This document shows, piece after piece, positions 1-11,700 of a stretch of DNA of 64,000 bases. The DNA lies in the NCBI GenBank assembly GCA_034780895.1, contig JAUZTB010000071.1:26936031-27000030 (forward strand), written 5' to 3'. Position 1 is the first letter of the stretch. Each line of letters opens with the position of its first letter. The translations under genes were made by a program, and so were the position numbers. Below the pieces are notes generated by a model that saw only the letters and a list, made by a program, of their open reading frames with translations, ran no database searches and had not been told where the DNA came from. Origin of the DNA: Rhynchobatus australiae (Eukaryota).

Positions 1-519
1 TTCATGGGACACATAGAGCACTTTCCTCCGGAACTGGTATGACTCACTCATCTGCACTAGATTAGTTTTGGGATGGGGAAAGAGCAGTAGCTGGGCAAAT
101 CTGGGTGTCAGGCTGAATTAAGCACAACTTAGCCTGTTATGTCTGGCCTATATGTCTTTTGGCACAAGATCTCAGATTCTGATTTGTCTAAACACTTTAA
201 GATGCAAGTTCAGCATTTGAACTAAATAGGTGCCAATATTTTTTTACTTGTGCAAATTCCTAAAGCACGATGAGTCAAAAGATGATGTAATTCTCTTAAC
301 TGGACAATCTCCAGAGCTTGCAAAACACTTCCTTCAGCTATACACACTGACTGATGGATAGCAGGTGATGAACATACACCAAATAGGATGTGGTTAATTG
401 TGCTATCTCCAATGGGTGTGTGGATATTATATAATAAATATTGCAAATGCAGTTGAGTGCTTTAGGCTCTATGGTACCAAATGACAGGAATTGATATCCA
501 TACCTGCCAACTCAGTCAT

Positions 520-2060
520 TGCTAACTATGGGAAGGTCCATTTGTTCAGGGAAGGTCCATTTGTTCATCACAAAGGGGCAGAGGATTGGCTCACATATAG
601 ATCCAAAAGAAATCATTCAACTGAAGCTTTTGTTTGAACCACCTGCATCTACTAATCCTGTAATAATTTGCTTCATTGCTAGTCTAATACCTTGTGTACT
701 CTCACAGGGCATTGTCAGTGATAGATCTAACCTCATCAGAGTTGCCATCTGTCATTGCCCTTGGAAAGTTGAGACCAGGAGAGTAAGCTAGTTTCTATCG
801 GGGATAATGAACACTGGCGCTACTCCTCGCTGAAGGAAAACCATCATTAGCAGTGGAAGGGGTGACAAGCTTTGACTAGTTAAGATTGAGTGGCTTTACC
901 TTGTCTATAATGCCGTTTTGCCAGGACCTCATTGATTCAGACCTTATCACAGCCTAGGTCCAAAGATGGACCAAAGAGCTGATTTATGAAAGCGATTGTC
1001 TTTTGCATGAACGTAACTTTTGATGAGTGTGGCATCAAAAATTCCAGTGAAGCTGAAATTAATGGGCATCAAGAGAGAAAATTACTCATAACACACATTA
1101 AGAAAGGCAGTTCTGGTCACCGAAGGAGGATCATCCAAGTTTCAGGATAGTATCAGCAGGCGTTGCTCAGACCAGTATCCCAGGCCCAGCCATTTTCAAC
1201 TGCTTCATTGATGACCTTCTCCTTCCATCATAATATCAGAAGTGGGGATGTTCGCTAATGATAACACAATGCTCAATTTCATTCAAAATTTCTATGCAAA
1301 TGAAATAGTCCATGCCTGGATCCAGCAAGGCATGGACAACAGAAAATATGGGCTGAGAAAGGGCAAGAAACATTCATGTCACGTGAATGACAAGCATCTT
1401 CAACAGAGTGTTCAGCCATCTGTCTTTAGCTTACAAAGACATTACCATCACCAATTTACCCACTTTCAGCATCATGGGGCTTAGCATTGACCAAAAAGTT
1501 AACTAGCCCAGCCACTTAAATACTGTGGCTACAAGAGCAAGTCAATGACAGTGTATCCAACAGTGGGATTCGCCACCTGACTCATCCAAGTCGTTCCACT
1601 CCCAGCAAGGCACAAGTGATGTGAGAGAATATGCTCCACCTGCCGAGAGGACTGCAGCTCCAAAAACACTCAAGAAGCTCAACAAAATAATCTACCTGAT
1701 TATCACCCATTCTCCTTTCAATCACTTGCATTGTGAACCATGTACAAAATGTATTGCTGTTTCTTGCCCAGGATATTCCAACAGCACTGCCCAATCCTAC
1801 ATCTTTTATCATCAAGGCAAACAAGCAGCATCGGTGTGTGAAAATGCCACACCAGCAGGTTCCCCTTTAATTTGCACGCTATTCCTGACTTACAACTTTT
1901 CTTCATCATTTCTTGTTCTAAGTTCTGGAGCTCCCTGAACAATATTAATATGGATGTATATTCACTAGAAGGATTGCAGTGCTTCAAGAAGACAGGTCAC
2001 CACTATCTTCTTGAGCACAATTAGGGAATGTTAGCTGATGTTGACCTTGCCAACACACAC
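520..2060 (+). mobile_element. Degenerate L2/CR1-clade LINE, RT region to 3' tail
   Basis: Decayed RT motifs: ~1015-1080 resembles AFDRVWH..KL..MGI; ORF 1242 'GMFANDNTM' resembles the FADD motif. The tail 'caccactatcttcttgagcacaattagggaatg' recurs at ~33610 (-) and ~41800 (+). Many stops and frameshifts. Confidence 0.75.
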
Positions 2061-2279
2061 ATCACATAAACTGATAAGAGGAAAACAATGCATGCATAGC
2101 CAGTTGATGTTGTGACCTCTGAGAAACTGTCCCAAAGTATCCATGCAGGCAACATCAATTTTATGTAATGTGTAAGTAAAAGCACATAATTCCTACTTAA
2201 TATTGTTAAGAAATGCAAAAGGAACATGAGCTAGAATTAATGTATATTGTTTCAATAAATCTGAAGCCTTTCTTTTCAA

Positions 2280-2525
2280 ATGTAGAGACTGAGACTATTT
2301 GTCTTGTTCTAAAAGCCCTCCAATTACTCCTGTTGTCCAACTCATTCCCCAGAGCCTTGTAATGTTTTCTTTTCAAGTATTTTTCTAGTTCCCTCTTAAA
2401 TGTTACTTTCTGAACCCTCTCAGGCTGTGTACTCCAGGTCATAATTAGTTGCATAAAAATGCTTCTCCTTGGATCCTTCCCCTTGATCTTGGGGCAATTA
2501 TCTTATATCTGTGTTCTCTGGTTAC
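2280..2525 (-). mobile_element. CR1 LINE 3'-end remnant
   Basis: 'ccccagagccttgtaatgttttcttttcaagtatttttctagttccctcttaaa' resembles a reverse-complement CR1 3' region. Confidence 0.45.
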
Positions 2526-2529
2526 TTTT

Positions 2530-3532
2530 CTCTGAGATATTCAGAAAAGATAGTGAGCATAAAAGGGAGGTGGTGTGGTAGTGCTGATTGTTCTTATGAA
2601 GGCCAGGACAGAATCCATTTGGTTATAGAGCTGAGAATCAAAGAGTGTGATCATGCTACTGGAGGTATTGTGTCGGTTTCCAAATATTGAAAGGATATCA
2701 AGAAGCAAATATGCCAGGAGAGTACAGAGATGTGAACTGCAGAATGCTAATATTGAGAGCTATATTTACCCAGATATCTACTGAGATTATGTCAGATTTA
2801 GGAAAAGGAGGTTGGGGGGAGGACTGAATTTCTGAACTATGTTCAGAGAACCTCCTTGACTAATACATCCCAGCCTAACTAGAAAAGTAGCATTGCTGGG
2901 GCTGGTACTGGGTAAAGAGGTAAACCCAAGTTCTGGGAGAACATTTGGGCAAGAGAGTTTGTTGTGTCATAAGGTTTAGATTAGTAATGGAGAAGAACAA
3001 GGAACAATCTAATTCGAAATTCGCAATTTGAAAAATTGGAAGGGAATTAATTTCAATGGGATGAAAGGGCATCCATCCAGGGCATAATGGAGCCAAAGAT
3101 TTACAGGAGAAATAATTGGAAATCTTTAAGAAAGGGATGTAACACATACAGGGTGGGGATCATTCCCACAGAAGGAGAAGTCAAAGCAAGTCAAAGCCAG
3201 AAATGGTGAGGGATATAAAAATTACAATGAAACGTAAAAAGAGAATAAGAGAGTGTACACATATCAGGTGAATTCTTCAAGCAAGAACTATGCAGAATGC
3301 AATAATTTAAGAGAGAAAATGTAAAGGAAAATGAAACTGGAAGAGAGAGAATTTGAGAATTGAATGGCAGTTAAAAGGGAACCCTAAAATCAAGGACCAG
3401 CATGTAGAAGTGAGGAACAGGGTGAGAGTTGTTTAGGACAAGGCAGGTGGTACATGGTTATGGATGCAGGCCAAGGCTAGAATAATTAATACTTTGAATT
3501 AGTGTTTATTTAGGAAGCAAAAACTGACAAGA
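2530..3532 (+). mobile_element. CR1 LINE ORF2 endonuclease-region remnant
   Basis: Decayed APE motifs FRKD..GGGVVVL (2540-2590) and ESIWL.LR..LLEV..R.PN (2610-2685); region ends at an N.YF..VF-like motif near 3490-3510. Confidence 0.7.
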
Positions 3533-3533
3533 C

Positions 3534-5235
3534 ATTGGTATTGGTTTATTATTGTCACTTGTACCGAGGTACAGTGAAAAGCTTGTCTTACAAACCAATA
3601 GTACAGGTCAATTCATTACACAGTGCAGTTACATTGGGTTAGTACAAAGTGCGTTGATGTAGTACAGGTTAAAAAAAAAGTACAGAGTAAAGTGTCACAG
3701 CTACAGGGAAAGTGCAGTGCAATAAGCTGCAAGGTCACAACAAGGTAGATCATGAGGTCATAGTGCATCTCATTGTATAAGGGAACTGTTCAATAATCTT
3801 ATCACAGTATGGTAGAAGCTGTCCTAAGTCTGGTGGTACGTGCCTTCAGCCTCCTGTATCTTCTACCCGATGGAAGAGGAGAGAAGAGAATGTCCCGGGT
3901 GGGTGGAGTCTTTGATTATATTGGTTGCTACACTAAGACAACAAGAGGTAAAGACAAAGTCCAAGGAGGGGAGGCTGGTGCCCGTGGTGCACTGGGTTGT
4001 GTCTACAACTCCCTGCAGTTTCTTGCAGTCTTGGGCAGAGCAGTTGCCGTACCAAGCCATGATGCATCCAGATAGGATGCTTTCTGTGCTGCGTCTGTAA
4101 AAGTTGGTGAGAGTCAAAGGGGACAAACCAAATTTCTATAGCCTCCTGAGGAAGTAGAGGTGCTAGTGAGATTTCTTGGCCATGGCTTCTACGTGATTTG
4201 ACCAGGACAGGCTGTTGATGATGTTCACTCCCAGGAACTTGAAGCTCTCAACCCTCTCAACCTCAGCACCATTAATGTAGACCGGTGCATGTACACCACC
4301 CCCTTTCCTGAAATCAATGACCAGCTCTTTTGCTTTGTTGATATTGAGGGAAAGGTTGTTGTCATGACACCATTCCACTAAGCTCTCTATCTCCTTCCTG
4401 TACTCAGACTCATCGCCGTTTGAGATGCAGCCTGCAACGGTGGTATCATCTGCAAACTTGTAGATGGAGTTAGAGCAGAATCTGGCCACGCAGTCATGAG
4501 TGTATAGGGAGTAAAGTAGGGGGCTGAGGACGCAGCCTTATGGTGCACCCATCTAGAGAATAATTGCAGTGGAGGTGTTGCTGCCTATCCTTACTGATTG
4601 TAATCTGTTGGTCAGTACATCAAGGATCCAGCTGCAAAGGGAGGTATTGAATCTCAGGTCTAGGAGTTTGGAGATGAGGAATTGTAGTATTGAAGGTAGA
4701 GCAATAGTCAGTAAACAATAGTCTAACGTAGGTGTCTTTACTGTCCAGATGCTCCAGAGATGAGTGTGGGGCCAGGGAGTCATTAAGGCACATTACCTTA
4801 TTTTTTTTAGGTACCGGGATGATAGTGGTCTTCTTGAAGCAGATGGGAATCTCAGATTGAAGCAGGGAAAGGTTAAAAAATGTCTGCAGATACCCTCGCC
4901 AGCTGATCTGCACAGGATCTAAGGACGCGGTTGTAGACAACCTCCTGGCCAGATGCTTCCCACAGTTTCATTCTCCGGAAGACTGATTTTACATCTGCAA
5001 CAGTGACTGTGGGTTCAGTTGCATTGGAGGCTGTTGGGGTGGGTGGTGACATTCTAATCTCCTTCTGTTCAAAACATGCATAGAATGCGTTTAAACTCAT
5101 CAGGAAAGGAAGCGCTGTTGTCGGCAATGCTGCCTGACTTTGTTTTGTAGCCCGTTATAACGTGTAAGCCCTGCCACAACTTATGGTTAGTCTGGGAATT
5201 GATTTTGGACTGCTGTTGTCTTTTGGCATCCCGGA
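3534..5235 (-). mobile_element. Rex1/Babar-clade LINE, 5'-truncated and disrupted
   Basis: ORF pieces KFADDTT..ESEYRKEIESLVEWCHDNNLSLN..KELVIDFRK..ERVESFKFLGV (4163-4489), [29 protein letters not shown] (4620-4940), NFYRRSTESIL..WYGNC (3863-4126). The 3' tail is 'acaataataaaccaataccaat'. An internal deletion at ~4780 joins CLND to SLA. Confidence 0.92.
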
Positions 5236-5782
5236 TATGCACAACAGTATAGTTGTGCTGTTTACAAAAACTTAATTTTACGTTGCAAGTTCAGTTGTCA
5301 GTTAAATGCAAATCTAATAAGTTCTTCAAAATAAGTTGGTGCCTTCATGCAAAGCAAATATGGAATGACATAAATTGATCAGTTCATTCTTGAAAGTGTT
5401 AAAGTTCAAGATATCTGAATTTCATGTCTGTTTACACATTAATGACCTACATCATTAACAAGTTATTGTCTTTCAACATTTATTTTCAAAATTGATAAGT
5501 TGTGATTTTTTTTTGATTTGGTTAGTAAAGGTGTAGCATGTATAAAACCATTTTCCAGAACATTAATTTCATCGTACCATAGTAGCTCAGAGTGCAGAAG
5601 GGTATTATTCATCGCAATCTGGTAAATTTTAATGCTTAAAGTTGAACTTGGGTAAAATACAAAAATATCAAATGTTATATGNNNNNNNNNNNNNNNNNNN
5701 NNNNNNNNNNNNNNNNNNNNNNNNNNNNNNNNNNNNNNNNNNNNNNNNNNNNNNNNNNNNNNNNNNNNNNNNNNNNNNNNNA

Positions 5783-7275
5783 GATCGATGAAGGGAAGAT
5801 GGAGAATGTTTTTACATAGATTTTTAAAACCGCATTTGACAAAGTACAGCATAAAAGGCTGGTTAACAAGATTTAGCACAAGTCTGTGTCAGCTAAGATA
5901 TATTAAAAAAATGTGGCTTAAAGTTATAAAACAATGAGCTGTAGTAAATGATTGTTCTTCAGACTGAAGTATGGTCCACAGTGGTGGTCCCCATTGGTCA
6001 GTGCTCAGACTACTGGTTTCTTTTAGATGAATATTGGAAAACAAAAAAATTTCAAAATTTGTCTATGATGGACGTGTGGCAAAAGTGAGGGTGAAATGAA
6101 AAGGACTTAAACTAGCAGGAAAGTCAGACAAGCGGCAGTTGGAATTTAGTGCAATGTGGGGTGATGCATTCTGGCAAAGTAATGGGGAGATACAATATAA
6201 ATTTAATGGTACAATTCTAAAGAGTATGCAGAAAGATAGCTATCTAGCTATCTGGGGATTTACATGCAGAGCTCTTTGACGGTAGCAGGACACATAGAAG
6301 ATTAGTTAGCAGAGCATAGAGTTATTGATTACAAAAGCAGGAAATTTGTGCTGAATTTTTGAAAAGTTCTGATTAGGCCACAGCTGGAGTATTACATCCA
6401 ATTCTGGTCACCATGCTCTGGGATTGATGTGAGGGTGCTTGAATGGTTCCATGTTTTAGCTACAAGGTTAGATTGGACGTTTAGATTAAGTAGAGATAGA
6501 AAAACTGTTGCCCGTAGCTAATAGTGCAAGGACTAGAGATTACTGATTTGAGATTTTAGGCAAGATTTAAAGCGAGGAACAATCTCTTACTCAGAGAGTA
6601 GTAATGACCATGTTGCAGCTGTACAAATATTGGTTCGACCTCACTTGAAGTATTGAGTACTGTTCTGGTCACCACCATTTGGTAACAAGAGAAATTGCAA
6701 AAGAAATTCACCGGAATGTTGCCTGAAATGGATGTCTGTATTTATAAGGAGAGATTGGATAGGCTGGACTTATTCTCACTGGAACATAGGAGGGCTGACC
6801 TTATTAGAGATGTATAAAATTATGAGGGGCATGGATAGGATAGATAGTCAGAATCTTTTTCCCAGGATAGGGGTCCAGAACCAGAGGACACAGGTCTAAG
6901 GTGGGAGGGGAGAAATTTAAAGGAGATCTGAGGGCTATGTTTTTCACACAGAGGGTGGTGGTTATCTGGTCTTAGAGTCAGATACAATTACAACACTTAA
7001 AAGGCATTTGGACAGGTATTTAAATAGGGAAGGCATAGAGAAATACAAGCCTAATGCAGGTAAATGGGTTTAGAGTAGATAGGCATTACAGTCGGCATGG
7101 ACAAGATGAGCCAACTGTGCCTTTTTTCTGTGCTGTATGATTCTATGCCCTGAACTTGCTGCCTACAAGAGTGATGGAAGCAGAGAAATGCAGGGCTCTG
7201 ACGATTGAATCAGGGAATTGGACTGACTGAGTTGCTCTACAGAAAGCCATCATAATGAGCCAAATGACCACCTAC
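5783..7275 (+). mobile_element. Older CR1 LINE, RT to 3' end, interrupted at ~6608 by a second CR1
   Basis: FKTAFDKVQHKRL (5823-5860), SGGP..SVL, and LIRPQLEYYIQFWSP (6370-6412). The element resumes at ~7148 'cctgaacttgctgcct...gtgatggaagcaga'. Confidence 0.75.
6609..7147 (+). mobile_element. CR1 (HER1-like) 3' fragment nested in the older CR1
   Basis: MLQLYK.LVRPHL.Y...FWSP-like start, 'tttttcacacagagggtggtg', and tail 'ctgtgctgtatgattctatg'. Confidence 0.8.
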
Positions 7276-7724
7276 TAAATAATTATGATTTTCATTACAG
7301 TTCATGGCTTTGAATTCCGCAATGGTATCTCCCCACAAAATTGCCCACTGACATTAGCTTCTTGATGAGGAAATAATGATGTATCAAGAGTGGGAAGTAT
7401 TCAGCCTACAACAGCTCCCAGGACCATGTTTTATCAAAGCAGTGATGATGACTCACCCACGTGGGTTTTATCATAGATCTGTTTTTATTTAGTTCCTGGG
7501 CATGTCACTGAAACATAGGAGTTTCATTCAGTACTTTTTTGCTCATTTATGCTCCCTAACTTTACAATTGGCATTGTTTACATACATTGCTAATGTCAAG
7601 TGAACAAATGTCTCACTACATAGTACTCATAGTTATTAAGGTTGGCTCCAAAGATAGTTTATTTACTTCACAGACAGGATAAAGTTGTGGCCTTTAAGTG
7701 TTGAAGGGCTTGAAGTCAATCCAC

Positions 7725-8205
7725 TGACACTTTAGTTCTCCATCCCACTCCCATCCTGACCTCTCTGTGTTTGGCCTGTATTGCGTCATTAATGCCCAAC
7801 CTAAGCTCAAGAAGCAGCACCTCATCTTCCATCAAAGCATGTTAAAAGCCTCAGGACTTGACACTGAGTTTAACAACTAAAGGTAAGCCCCTTTATTTCC
7901 ACTCATGTAGCTGTACCTTTGTTTCAATTAATGTTCCAATTTATCTCTATCACTTTGTTCCATCTGACAATTTTAAAGTAAATGTAACCTCGATCTTTGG
8001 TCTCTGTCCTATCACAAATTCCTCTTCTCTGCACCTTCCCCCTCTTGGCAACTTGAAACGCTGCTCTTCTGAATTTTCCAGTCTAATGAAGAGTCCCTAA
8101 TACAAAATATCAACTCTATTTCTCTCCCCACTGATACTGCCTGTCCTGCTGGGCACTTCCAGCATTCCCTGTTTTGGTTTCAGATTTCCAGTATCTGTTG
8201 TTTTT
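7725..8205 (+). mobile_element. Penelope-like element: GIY-YIG C-terminus plus terminal repeat
   Basis: Translates as SPSHSHPDLSVFGL..AQPKLKKQHLIF....SGLDTEFNN, followed by the terminal motif 'cctgctgggcacttccagcatt..tttcagatttccagtatctg'. Confidence 0.7.
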
Positions 8206-8659
8206 TGCCTCAAATTCTTAGAGAAGAGGCTATGTCCATTTTGGGAGTAACAAGTTGGACATGAGCATTTACATATCCTTAGCAGTGTAATTTGCTGGAG
8301 GTATTGGAAATTGAAAGAGTAATTCTTCCTTTTTTTTTCCCTGAGTTCTCCCCACTCTTCTTGTGCGTCTTGCAATAAACAGTACAGTTAGGTATTGGGG
8401 AATAATATGCAAAATTGTTGACTGTATGCAATGTGTTTTATATTCCTTTCCCTGGGCCTTTTGTTACAGTTATAACTAGGGGAAAATTGGGTTTTTTTTG
8501 ATAATTCTATGGACGTATTGGTCACTGCCATTTAATATTACATACCTAGCAGCTTGGTTATTTATCTGAATTACATTGCATTGTTGTTGTTGTGAAGAAA
8601 GGCAAAAATGTATACATATGTGGTTGCATTATTTCTGGCTGGATTCTGACTTCCTCTAA

Positions 8660-9227
8660 CACCTTAACTTCCTCAGAAGGCTAAGGAAAGTTGACATGTC
8701 CCCAGTGATTCTTACCAACTTTTACACTTGCGTCACAGCTTGGTTTGGCAACTGCTGTGCCCAAGACCACAAGAAATTGCAGAGTTGTGAATGCAGTCCA
8801 GTCCATCACGCAACCCAGCCTCCCCTCCACTGACTGTCTACACTCCCCAGTGCCTCAGGAAAGCAGCCAACATAATCAAGGACCCCTCCCACCCCGGTCA
8901 TTCTCTCTTCACCCGTCTTCCATTGAGCAGGAAATACAAAGCTTGAAAGCAAGTACCACCACACTCAAGGACAGCTTCTGTCCTGCTGTTATCAGACTTT
9001 TGAACAGATCTCTCATATGCTAAAGATGAACCCAATCTACGTCATTGTGGCCCTTGCACTTATTTGTTCACTCTTTCTCTGTAGCAGCAATATGATATTC
9101 TGCATTCTGTTTTTCTTTTTCCCTACCTCAATGTACTTATGTATGGAATGATCTGACTGGATGGCATGCAGACAAATGATTTTCACTGTATCTCAGTACA
9201 TGTGACAATAATAAAACCAATACCAAT
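8660..9227 (+). mobile_element. Rex1/Babar LINE 3' fragment
   Basis: FLRRLRK..MSP..LTNFY / AWFGNC..DHKKLQ-like translation, with the same 'tgtgacaataataaaaccaataccaat' tail as the 3534 element. Confidence 0.85.
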
Positions 9228-9284
9228 TTTATATGGCCAATCATAATATCTATTCTAAACATGCCACAGATAGTTTAAATGCTA

Positions 9285-10335
9285 AGCAGAGAGGCTGCAA
9301 AAGGATACAGATAGATTAAGCAAGTGAGGAAGAAAATGGCCTTAAAATGTAATATGAAGAAATGTAAAGTTACCACTGGAGTAAGGAAAATAGAAAAGTA
9401 GTATTTTTGAAGTTATGAGAGACTGGAAAAGATTGGTATCCAAAGAATCTGGATGTCATTAAACATGAATCACAGAATGTTAATACATGTGCAGTAAGCA
9501 AAGGAGAAGACAAGATGGTATGCCAGTCATTGGTGCGAAGGATCAGAGTGACATTNNNNNNNNNNNNNNNNNNNNNNNNNNNNNNNNNNNNNNNNNNNNN
9601 NNNNNNNNNNNNNNNNNNNNNNNNNNNNNNNNNNNNNNNNNNNNNNNNNNNNNNNATGGTATGCCAGTCATTGGTGCGAAGGATCAGAGTGACATTACAA
9701 TGATGTACAACCTCAGTGATTGCAGACCTAGAGTGCTAAAGGATTTATTTGTTTAGGGGGAATGCAACAAAGCTTCATGCTAGGTTGGCACAGTGGTGCA
9801 GTTCCACGACCCAGGTTTGATCTTTGCCTCAGCACATTCTCCTTGTGACCACATGGGTTTCCCCCAGGTGCCCCAGTTTGCTCCCATGTCCCAGATTCCT
9901 GTGGGTCAGTAGGTTAATTGGCTACTGTAAATTGCCCTGGTTTGTAGGTAAGTTGTCCAACGTAGAGGAGTTGATTAGAATGTGGAGAGAATAACATGGG
10001 ATTAGTACAGGATTAGCTTGATGGTCGGCATCAGTCTTGTTGGTCCAAAGAGCCTGTTTCACACTATTGTTCTACGACTGATTCCTTGGATTGGAGAGGA
10101 TAGGAATCGCCTCAGGGAGAGATACTGAAAAGAACATGCCTATTTTCATTGAATTTAGAAGGATGAGAGGTGATCTCAGTGACACGTAAACCGGGCTTTG
10201 CCTACGAATGTCTCCCCTGGCTGAGGGAGTTAAGAACTAAGGGGTCACAGTCTCAGAATAAGGCTTAACCATTTACCACTGGATGAGGAGAAATGTCTTC
10301 ACTCAGAGGGTTGTGAATTTTTAGAATTCAGTCCC
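9285..10335 (+). mobile_element. CR1 remnant split by a gap and a SINE
   Basis: 'ctgcaaaaggatacagatagattaagcaagtg' at the start; 'gaatttagaaggatgagaggtgatctc' and 'ttcactcagagggttgtgaat' after the SINE. Confidence 0.6.
9782..10078 (+). mobile_element. V-SINE (HE1-like) inserted in CR1
   Basis: tRNA-like head 'ggcacagtggtgcag..ggtttgatc', V-domain 'attctccttgtgaccacatgggtttcccccaggtgccccagtttgctccca', and CR1-type tail 'gagcctgtttc'. Confidence 0.8.
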
Positions 10336-11484
10336 ATGTGTTTGTGAGCATAGTCCAATCTATTAGAGGAAGTGAGTGAGCAAAGCCACTAAAATTGTCT
10401 AAATTGCACATGAGCATTACAAATGTCTTTTAGCACCACAAGACAAAGTAAAATTATGTCAGTTTGCAGTTAGAATGAGTCACATTAGTGGTAGTATGAG
10501 ACACGTGAGAACTGAAACATTTTCCCATTTTCAAGTCTCTAAACATGTTTTGCTTGATGTGCATGAATCATGAGAAAACTAAATTGATCACATGTAAAAA
10601 CAAAATGTATGGTTTGGGATCGGGTGCTTTCCCATTATTGTTTAAGCTTATTTGTGGCCANNNNNNNNNNNNNNNNNNNNNNNNNNNNNNNNNNNNNNNN
10701 NNNNNNNNNNNNNNNNNNNNNNNNNNNNNNNNNNNNNNNNNNNNNNNNNNNNNNNNNNNNNNNNNNNNNNNNNNNNNNNNNNNNNNNNNNNNNNNNNNNN
10801 NNNNNNNNNNNNNNNNNNNNNNNNNNNNNNNNNNNNNNNNNNNNNNNNNNNNNNNNNNNNNNNNNNNNNNNNNNNNNNNNNNNNNNNNNNNNNNNNNNNN
10901 NNNNNNNNNNNNNNNNNNNNNNNNNNNNNNNNNNNNNNNNNNNNNNNNNNNNNNNNNNNNNNNNNNNNNNNNNNNNNNNNNNNNNNNNNNNNNNNNNNNN
11001 NNNNNNNNNNNNNNNNNNNNNNNNNNNNNNNNNNNNNNNNNNNNNNNNNNNNNNNNNNNNNNNNNNNNNNNNNNNNNNNNNNNNNNNNNNNNNNNNNNNN
11101 NNNNNNNNNNNNNNNNNNNNNNNNNNNNNNNNNNNNNNNNNNNNNNNNNNNNNNNNNNNNNNNNNNNNNNNNNNNNNNNNNNNNNNNNNNNNNNNNNNNN
11201 NNNNNNNNNNNNNNNNNNNNNNNNNNNNNNNNNNNNNNNNNNNNNNNNNNNNNNNNNNNNNNNNNNNNNNNNNNNNNNNNNNNNNNNNNNNNNNNNNNNN
11301 NNNNNNNNNNNNNNNNNNNNNNNNNNNNNNNNNNNNNNNNAAAATCTATATTTGAATTACATTTTTGACCTTAAAGTACAAACTTACCTACTTATTTTTA
11401 GCAAGTGATGCATTCCTTTGTGCTGTTGTTTTTTTTCTTTTCAATCTGTTGAACCTTTACTATCTGGTAAGGTTTGTCTTAACC

Positions 11485-11700
11485 TGAATAAAAACAGAAA
11501 ATGCTGGAAACACACAACAGGTCAGGTGCATCTATGGAAAGAGAAATAATTCATGTTTCAGGTCTGAGACCCTTCAGGACTGGAAGAGAGAGAACAAGTT
11601 AGTTTGCAGTAGCAAAGAAGGTAGACGAGGGTTGAGTAGAACAAAGGGAATATCTCTGATAGGGTGAGGCCAAATGAGTAAACGTAGCAGTTAAGCAGCA
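11485..11700 (-). mobile_element. Penelope-like terminal repeat fragment
   Basis: 'aaacagaaaatgctggaaacacacaacaggtcagg..catct..gtttcaggtctgagacccttcaggac' is the same motif family as the copies at 8100, 58240 and 62800. Confidence 0.65.

Noticed and set aside
60-130. Faint resemblance to a mariner-type transposon fragment
   Set aside because: Too short and divergent; no TIR or transposase motif is recoverable.
3809-4100. Plus-strand ORFs of 86-88 aa
   Set aside because: They are antisense shadows of the Rex1/Babar ORF.
9515-9696. Exact 41-bp direct repeat on both sides of a 100-N gap
   Set aside because: Typical unmerged contig overlap; an assembly artefact rather than a biological repeat or CRISPR unit.
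10545-11408. Long ORFs of 238-287 aa (also 51977-52698)
   Set aside because: They are open only because they run through N gaps.
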